Source of the DNA: a virus | DNA: 46,554 nt | IMG/VR virus record: IMGVR_UViG_3300031707_000031 | Strand: one strand, 5' to 3' | Shown: positions 43,191 through 46,554 of the stretch, piece by piece | Numbering within the stretch: the stretch's first letter is position 1 | How the letters are laid out: the number at the start of each line of letters is the position of its first letter | The notes under the pieces: model-generated | What the model saw: the letters and a program-made list of their open reading frames with translations, nothing else | Told to the model about the DNA's origin: nothing | Database searches by the model: none | Program-made: the position numbers and the translations under genes

Positions 43191-43682
43191 GGCGTAAAAG
43201 CGATTAGCCTGCGAGAGAACGAGGAGAGAACGAGCGTTCTCTCATAGGCAAAAACTAATATGAAAACTACGATGCCGTCTCACCGCAGCGAGACAGTATA
43301 TCGCAGGCTAATAGCTCTACACTTAAAATGTTATAAAAACACTTCCAGCTCCACCGAAAAGCATCAACCACCACCCAGCGGCTTTTAACGGCAGCTTGAA
43401 CAGTAATAAACGCTACTTCGGAAGATGTGGCAGGGTTATTATTCTTTTCTAAAATGTCGGGGTGATGTTATTCGCCTGATGGCGAACAACATTTTAGAAA
43501 AGAAGCTAATGCGGTATAGCATACGATGTTTTACCCTATTCGCTTTAGCTCTTTTGTTGGTATCGTCAATCTGTTAGATTGGCGATTTCTCTATTCCGCT
43601 GCAATATCCTATGCGGGGACTCCTCATGAGACGAGCTGTCTGAGCCGCCGACAAGGGGAATTGAAGGAGAACTGTCCTGTTA
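43191..43682 (-). ncRNA. candidate structured leader / non-coding RNA upstream of the terminase block
   Basis: No ORF longer than about 18 codons on the minus strand. Contains a 12-bp long-range pairing (43203-43214 with 43301-43312) enclosing two hairpins, plus a 62-nt nested hairpin at 43443-43504. A promoter-like element lies at 43689-43718. Confidence 0.3.
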
Positions 43683-43688
43683 ATAAGT

Positions 43689-43718
43689 ATTATACCATGC
43701 CCCGAACCTTCGATGCAA
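43689..43718 (-). promoter_or_regulatory. candidate promoter TTGCAT-18 nt-TATAAT (minus strand)
   Basis: The -35 is at 43718-43713 and the -10 TATAAT at 43694-43689, just downstream of the HNH-like gene stop. Confidence 0.4.
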
Positions 43719-43725
43719 CAGCTTT

Positions 43726-43938
43726 TTATTTTTTGTCAAGAGTGCCTGAACAAGCCGAGCAAACGGTAATAAGGTTGTTGGGGTCATTGGCGGATAAATG
43801 AGCGTCTTTGCGCTGGACAATAAGAGATGCCTCATCGCCCACCTTACCGCAAAAATAACACTTAAAATTATCAGCACTTAAAATGGCGAGTTTTTGAGAC
43901 ATGCTAAGGCGTGTGTCTTCGTTGGTAGTTTTTTTCAT
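43726..43938 (-). CDS. small HNH-like (beta-beta-alpha-Me, Cys4) protein (70 aa)
   Basis: CYFCGK...LIVQRKDAHLSANDPNNLITVCSACS: a CxxC pair, His, Asn and a second CxxC with HNH-like spacing, but a degenerate match. Confidence 0.4.
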   Translation of the reverse strand: MKKTTNEDTRLSMSQKLAILSADNFKCYFCGKVGDEASLIVQRKDAHLSANDPNNLITVCSACSGTLDKK

Positions 43939-43971
43939 AATTTTTTATTTAATTAAATTAATTATATTGTT

Positions 43972-44000
43972 ATTATACATTAAACAACTCAATATGTCAA
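43972..44000 (-). promoter_or_regulatory. perfect-consensus sigma70 promoter TTGACA-17 nt-TATAAT heading the minus-strand arm
   Basis: Minus strand: TTGACA at 44000-43995, spacer tattgagttgtttaatg, TATAAT at 43977-43972. The ATG at 43938 lies 33 nt downstream of the -10. Confidence 0.7.
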
Positions 44001-44194
44001 GGGAGACCTTTTTTTAGAATTCTGCGGGGAAGAGAGATAAGGATATTCTCCGTTGGTATTCAGCCCCCACCCCCCCCTATTTTTATCTAATATTAGCTAA
44101 TTAATACACATACTAAAAACATCAAAGGCTAACATTAAATAAAAATAAATACATAAAAATATGTGATTGGCTAATGTTAGCATAGCACATTAAT

Positions 44195-44228
44195 AATACT
44201 TCGCTTAATATAGATTAAGCGAAGTATT
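44195..44228. other. perfect 15-bp hairpin AATACTTCGCTTAAT-ATAG-ATTAAGCGAAGTATT
   Basis: Read directly. Confidence 0.9.
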
Positions 44229-44355
44229 GAATGGCTAATATAAGTACACAATAACAGCATGCGAATCAGGCACGGCACAATCACGCCGACATTTATTTAT
44301 ATTTTTGTCAATTATTTTTCTTTTTCAGGCGTACGCCTAAGCGATAACCCCGCTT

Positions 44356-44445
44356 ATTGGTAGTACTCTGTTATCAAGCCAGCCAATTGGTAGTACTCTG
44401 TTATCAAGCCAGCCAATTGGTAGTACTCTGTTATCAAGCCAGCCA
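44356..44445. repeat. three exact tandem 30-bp iterons (ATTGGTAGTACTCTGTTATCAAGCCAGCCA)
   Basis: Read directly; followed by a partial unit (ATCGCCAGCCA) and by ACAATC-containing repeats up to about 44510. Confidence 0.95.
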
Positions 44446-44576
44446 ATCGCCAGCCATCCTGACTGCCTTACAATCGGAATCCCGACACAATCACCAGCCG
44501 ACAATCCCGAACGCAAGGTAGCCGAATTTTTACCCCGCTTTTTATCCCCGAGTTCGTAAAAGCCGAAAACTCATGA

Positions 44577-44703
44577 CTTAACAACTTAACAAATAGCCTT
44601 GAACTATATATATATATTACAGTTTATTAACCCTTGATTCTATTGGGTTATATTTTCCTTATATATATATACTTTAAAATTGTTAAGTTGTTAAGTTGTT
44701 AAG
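44577..44703. repeat. inverted arrays CTTAACAA(C) x2 and TTGTTAAG x3 flanking two (TA)n tracts
   Basis: CTTAACAACTTAACAA at 44577-44592, (TA)6T at 44605-44617, (AT)5A at 44661-44671 and TTGTTAAG x3 at 44680-44703. Confidence 0.9.
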
Positions 44704-44738
44704 CCAAAAGGCTTCGCCTACCGCTAATATTAGCCAAA

Positions 44739-44832
44739 CTTAACAACAGCTTAACAACAGCTTAACAATCTCATAAAAGAGCTTAAACGTCAACTAGATA
44801 ACCAATTGTCTAGTTGTTAAGCTGTTGTTAAG
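44739..44832. repeat. 19-bp perfect inverted repeat built from the same TTAACAAC units, with an inner 8-bp palindrome
   Basis: CTTAACAACAGCTTAACAA, first copy at 44739-44757 with an overlapping second copy at 44750-44768, faces TTGTTAAGCTGTTGTTAAG at 44814-44832. The inner palindrome is CAACTAGA (44791-44798) with TCTAGTTG (44809-44816). Confidence 0.9.
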
Positions 44833-44917
44833 CCAAAACGCCTTGCCTGGTGCTAATATTCGCAAAAAGGGTGTTTTTTTATTGCTAATGTTAGCGAAGA
44901 AAAAAAAACATTTTTTA

Positions 44918-44946
44918 TTGACAACTTGTCAAGTTTATTATATTTA
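44918..44946 (+). promoter_or_regulatory. early promoter candidate TTGACA-(15-17 nt)-TATATT/TATTTA
   Basis: TTGACA at 44918-44923. It shares the block AAGTTTATT with the next promoter-like unit. Confidence 0.45.
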
Positions 44947-44952
44947 ATTTTA

Positions 44953-44981
44953 TTGACAATCTATTAAGTTTATTGTATCCA
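44953..44981 (+). promoter_or_regulatory. early promoter candidate TTGACA-17 nt-TATCCA (weak -10)
   Basis: TTGACA at 44953-44958; paralogous to the 44918 unit (TTATTGACAA...AAGTTTATT.TAT). Confidence 0.35.
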
Positions 44982-45048
44982 ATTTTTTAGTTATCCACAT
45001 TTTAATATTGATATTAAAATAGCAATATAGCCTAATAAACACGCCCTC

Positions 45049-45077
45049 TTGACACCCTTAATTATCTATGCTAGTAT
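45049..45077 (+). promoter_or_regulatory. early promoter TTGACA-17 nt-TAGTAT
   Basis: TTGACA at 45049-45054 and TAGTAT at 45072-45077. Confidence 0.6.
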
Positions 45078-45111
45078 TAATACTATGATAGATAAATAAC
45101 CGCAAAACAAG

Positions 45112-45140
45112 TTTGCTATGGCAAACAGGCTTGCTAGTAT
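45112..45140 (+). promoter_or_regulatory. early promoter candidate TTTGCT-17 nt-TAGTAT
   Basis: The -10 block GCTAGTATTAATA is repeated from the 45049 promoter; ATG 45162 lies 21 nt downstream. Confidence 0.45.
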
Positions 45141-45161
45141 TAATAACTAACATTAAACACT

Positions 45162-45311
45162 ATGGACACATTATTAAAAACAATAGCAATTATACTAATA
45201 GCAATCGGCTTAATTGCCCTGGCTATCCTTTGGCATCCCTTCATTATCCTTTACCTTCTTGTCGGCGGGGTTATGCTTTATAGATACGCCAATGGCGATG
45301 ATTTATTTTAA
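45162..45311 (+). CDS. small membrane protein (49 aa, below ORF-track cut-off)
   Basis: Hand translation MDTLLKTIAIILIAIGLIALAILWHPFIILYLLVGGVMLYRYANGDDLF*. Confidence 0.4.
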   Translation: MDTLLKTIAIILIAIGLIALAILWHPFIILYLLVGGVMLYRYANGDDLF

Positions 45312-45368
45312 TTAATAACAATAAAACACTAGGAGACCATTTTTACAAATTAATTAATTAATAAATTT

Positions 45369-45602
45369 ATGAAAAGAAAAGTCTATTATATTACTTATTG
45401 CAACGGCGATGACTTTCAAAAAGGTATTATTCATTATTCAGAGCCTTTTAAAAACAAGGCTGATGCTATTGCCTTTGAAGACAAAATAAACAAATACGAA
45501 GCGATGAACTCGCGCCTTGAATTGCACAATGAAATTTTTGAATGCAACGAATGGCGGCCAGATTTTGACCTGGGCGATACTTGGCTTAAAATAATTAATT
45601 AA
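45369..45602 (+). CDS. hypothetical early protein (77 aa)
   Basis: TAATTAATTAATAAATTT-ATGAAA junction. Confidence 0.55.
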   Translation: MKRKVYYITYCNGDDFQKGIIHYSEPFKNKADAIAFEDKINKYEAMNSRLELHNEIFECNEWRPDFDLGDTWLKIIN

Positions 45603-45612
45603 TAATAAATTT

Positions 45613-45831
45613 ATGAAAAAACTTAATAAAATTTTGGCAAGGGAAATTAAAGAAAACACTATGTTAACGCTTAATCAAATTTTTACCGACTTAATCAGGG
45701 AAAAGATGACTGATAAACAGTTCTGGACTTATGTTGCAAGCTGGAAGGATGCAAGCGACGTTTGTGATGAAATGGAAGGCTGGGATGATGAAGAGAAAAA
45801 GGAAGCAATAAAAGACATTAATAAATTATAA
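45613..45831 (+). CDS. hypothetical early protein (72 aa)
   Basis: TAATTAATTAATAATAAATTT-ATGAAA junction. Confidence 0.55.
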   Translation: MKKLNKILAREIKENTMLTLNQIFTDLIREKMTDKQFWTYVASWKDASDVCDEMEGWDDEEKKEAIKDINKL

Positions 45832-45849
45832 TAAACTAACCATAAAACT

Positions 45850-46200
45850 ATGAAAAGCACAAAAACAAAGCTAATCAATTTTTTAAACGCCGAAGATTTT
45901 GGCGAAGAAGTATTTAATGATTATTATGGTGAAGGCAATCGCGCCGGATATATGATTGACTTAAAAAAGTTTAATGAAACAAAAACAGACGCGGCCAATC
46001 TCTTGTCAGAATTAGGCAAGATAAGCGATGAAGAGATAAAAGAGGCTTGCGAGCGTGCTTTTTGTGGCCGTTTAGAATTTGATGGTAATAACTTCCATTA
46101 TACTGCTGGCCAATTCTATAATATTGAAATACCGCAAGCCGTCTTAGCTGTTGCCTGGTTTATTCAAAGCGCAAGAGACCAAGAGAATAGCCTTAATTAA
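45850..46200 (+). CDS. hypothetical early protein (116 aa)
   Basis: Co-oriented ORF with an A-rich, SD-less start context. Confidence 0.55.
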   Translation: MKSTKTKLINFLNAEDFGEEVFNDYYGEGNRAGYMIDLKKFNETKTDAANLLSELGKISDEEIKEACERAFCGRLEFDGNNFHYTAGQFYNIEIPQAVLAVAWFIQSARDQENSLN

Positions 46201-46214
46201 CTAACTAAAAAACT

Positions 46215-46484
46215 ATGAACTATCAAATCACGTGGAGCGATTTACAAACAGAGAAGCGCGAGAAAAGACGCGAAGCGATAATTGAAATGGTGTCAAGCGC
46301 CATCCTGATAATCTTAATTGCTTTATTCTTGATTGCCTTGATAGGCGGATACTTTAGCCCGGGCTTAGTCAATGCTCAAGACTTAAACGCGCGCGCCGTC
46401 AATTATCTTTATGAAATGGACATGCGCCATGAAATAACTTTAAATAGCAAGGCAATCAGCGCCTTGCAGGCTATTAATAAATAA
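46215..46484 (+). CDS. hypothetical early protein with one transmembrane segment (89 aa)
   Basis: Hydrophobic segment VSSAILIILIALFLIALIGGYF. The 3' end lies in the terminal repeat, so the gene is continuous with the window start. Confidence 0.55.
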   Translation: MNYQITWSDLQTEKREKRREAIIEMVSSAILIILIALFLIALIGGYFSPGLVNAQDLNARAVNYLYEMDMRHEITLNSKAISALQAINK

Positions 46485-46554
46485 TAAATAAAACTATGAA
46501 ACAAACAATCTTTAATTTACTACAAACAAGCACGGGGCAGGCTCTTTGTGATAG
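46428..46554. repeat. terminal direct repeat, identical to 1-127
   Basis: See feature 1-127. The partial ORF starting at 46496 is the same gene as 69-740. Confidence 0.95.

Larger units (their letters stand above)
44086..44895. promoter_or_regulatory. cluster of palindromic operator-like 12-mers (consensus GCTAATATTAGC)
   Basis: TCTAATATTAGC at 44086; GCTAATGTTAGC at 44170 and 44884; GCTAATATTAGC at 44723 (perfect palindrome); GCTAATATTCGC at 44852; partial copies at 44128 and 44234. Confidence 0.55.

Noticed and set aside
43203-43312. 12-bp inverted repeat flanking structured RNA as a retron-like msr/msd
   Set aside because: No reverse transcriptase gene exists anywhere in the genome.
43540-43720. 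Possible tRNA (GGTTCGGGG and CTCATGAG-like segments)
   Set aside because: No acceptor stem or cloverleaf could be built on either strand, and no GTTCGAATC-type T-loop was found anywhere in the window by eye. tRNAscan-SE should confirm.
43526-43877. ORFs 43526-43801 (+) and 43680-43877 (-)
   Set aside because: They overlap the better-supported HNH-like gene or run through the structured non-coding region, and have odd composition. They are considered spurious.
44356-44445. 30-bp repeats as a possible CRISPR mini-array
   Set aside because: The units are directly tandem with no spacers and no cas genes are present. They fit iterons.

Overview
The window is a complete tailed dsDNA phage genome. 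Its first 127 nt recur verbatim as its last 127 nt, giving 46,427 bp of unique sequence. All calls rest on reading the sequence and on motifs recalled from memory; no similarity search or RNA folding was run.

Layout:
- A plus-strand early/replication arm runs from about 45.16 kb, across the junction, to 13.3 kb. It holds many small SD-less genes, a P4/D5-type primase-helicase, an XRE-like HTH, a PD-(D/E)XK nuclease, YopX, an orphan N6-adenine methyltransferase, an SF2 helicase and a RecU-like nuclease.
- A convergent minus-strand structural arm runs from 43.94 kb down to 13.37 kb. It holds an HNH-like gene, TerS, TerL, portal, scaffold, a decoration-like protein, the capsid gene, beta-helix and fibre proteins, a lysis-type cluster and three large distal proteins.
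- The arms meet at a bidirectional terminator (13317-13355).
- They diverge from a repeat-dense control/origin-like region (43.94-45.15 kb) carrying sigma70-type promoters, palindromic operator-like 12-mers, iterons and inverted TTAACAAC arrays around (TA)n tracts.
- No tRNA, CRISPR array, reverse transcriptase, integrase or DNA polymerase was recognised.

Most notable observation: the major capsid gene is in three pieces, split by two inserts that each carry an HNH homing endonuclease.
- The downstream insert (34901-35627) shows a textbook group I intron guide: P1 with a U.G wobble, P10, a terminal G and an in-frame junction. Its endonuclease gene lies antisense, under its own early-type promoter.
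- The upstream insert (35844-36539) would leave only a 4-nt coding first exon. This call is much less certain.

Other leads: a roughly 500-nt ORF-free structured leader upstream of the terminase block, a promoter/attenuator-like element ahead of the replication genes, a Gly-Ser-Tyr-Asp repeat protein with a fresh 97-bp tandem duplication, and a strand-specific conserved RNA hairpin upstream of two unrelated genes.
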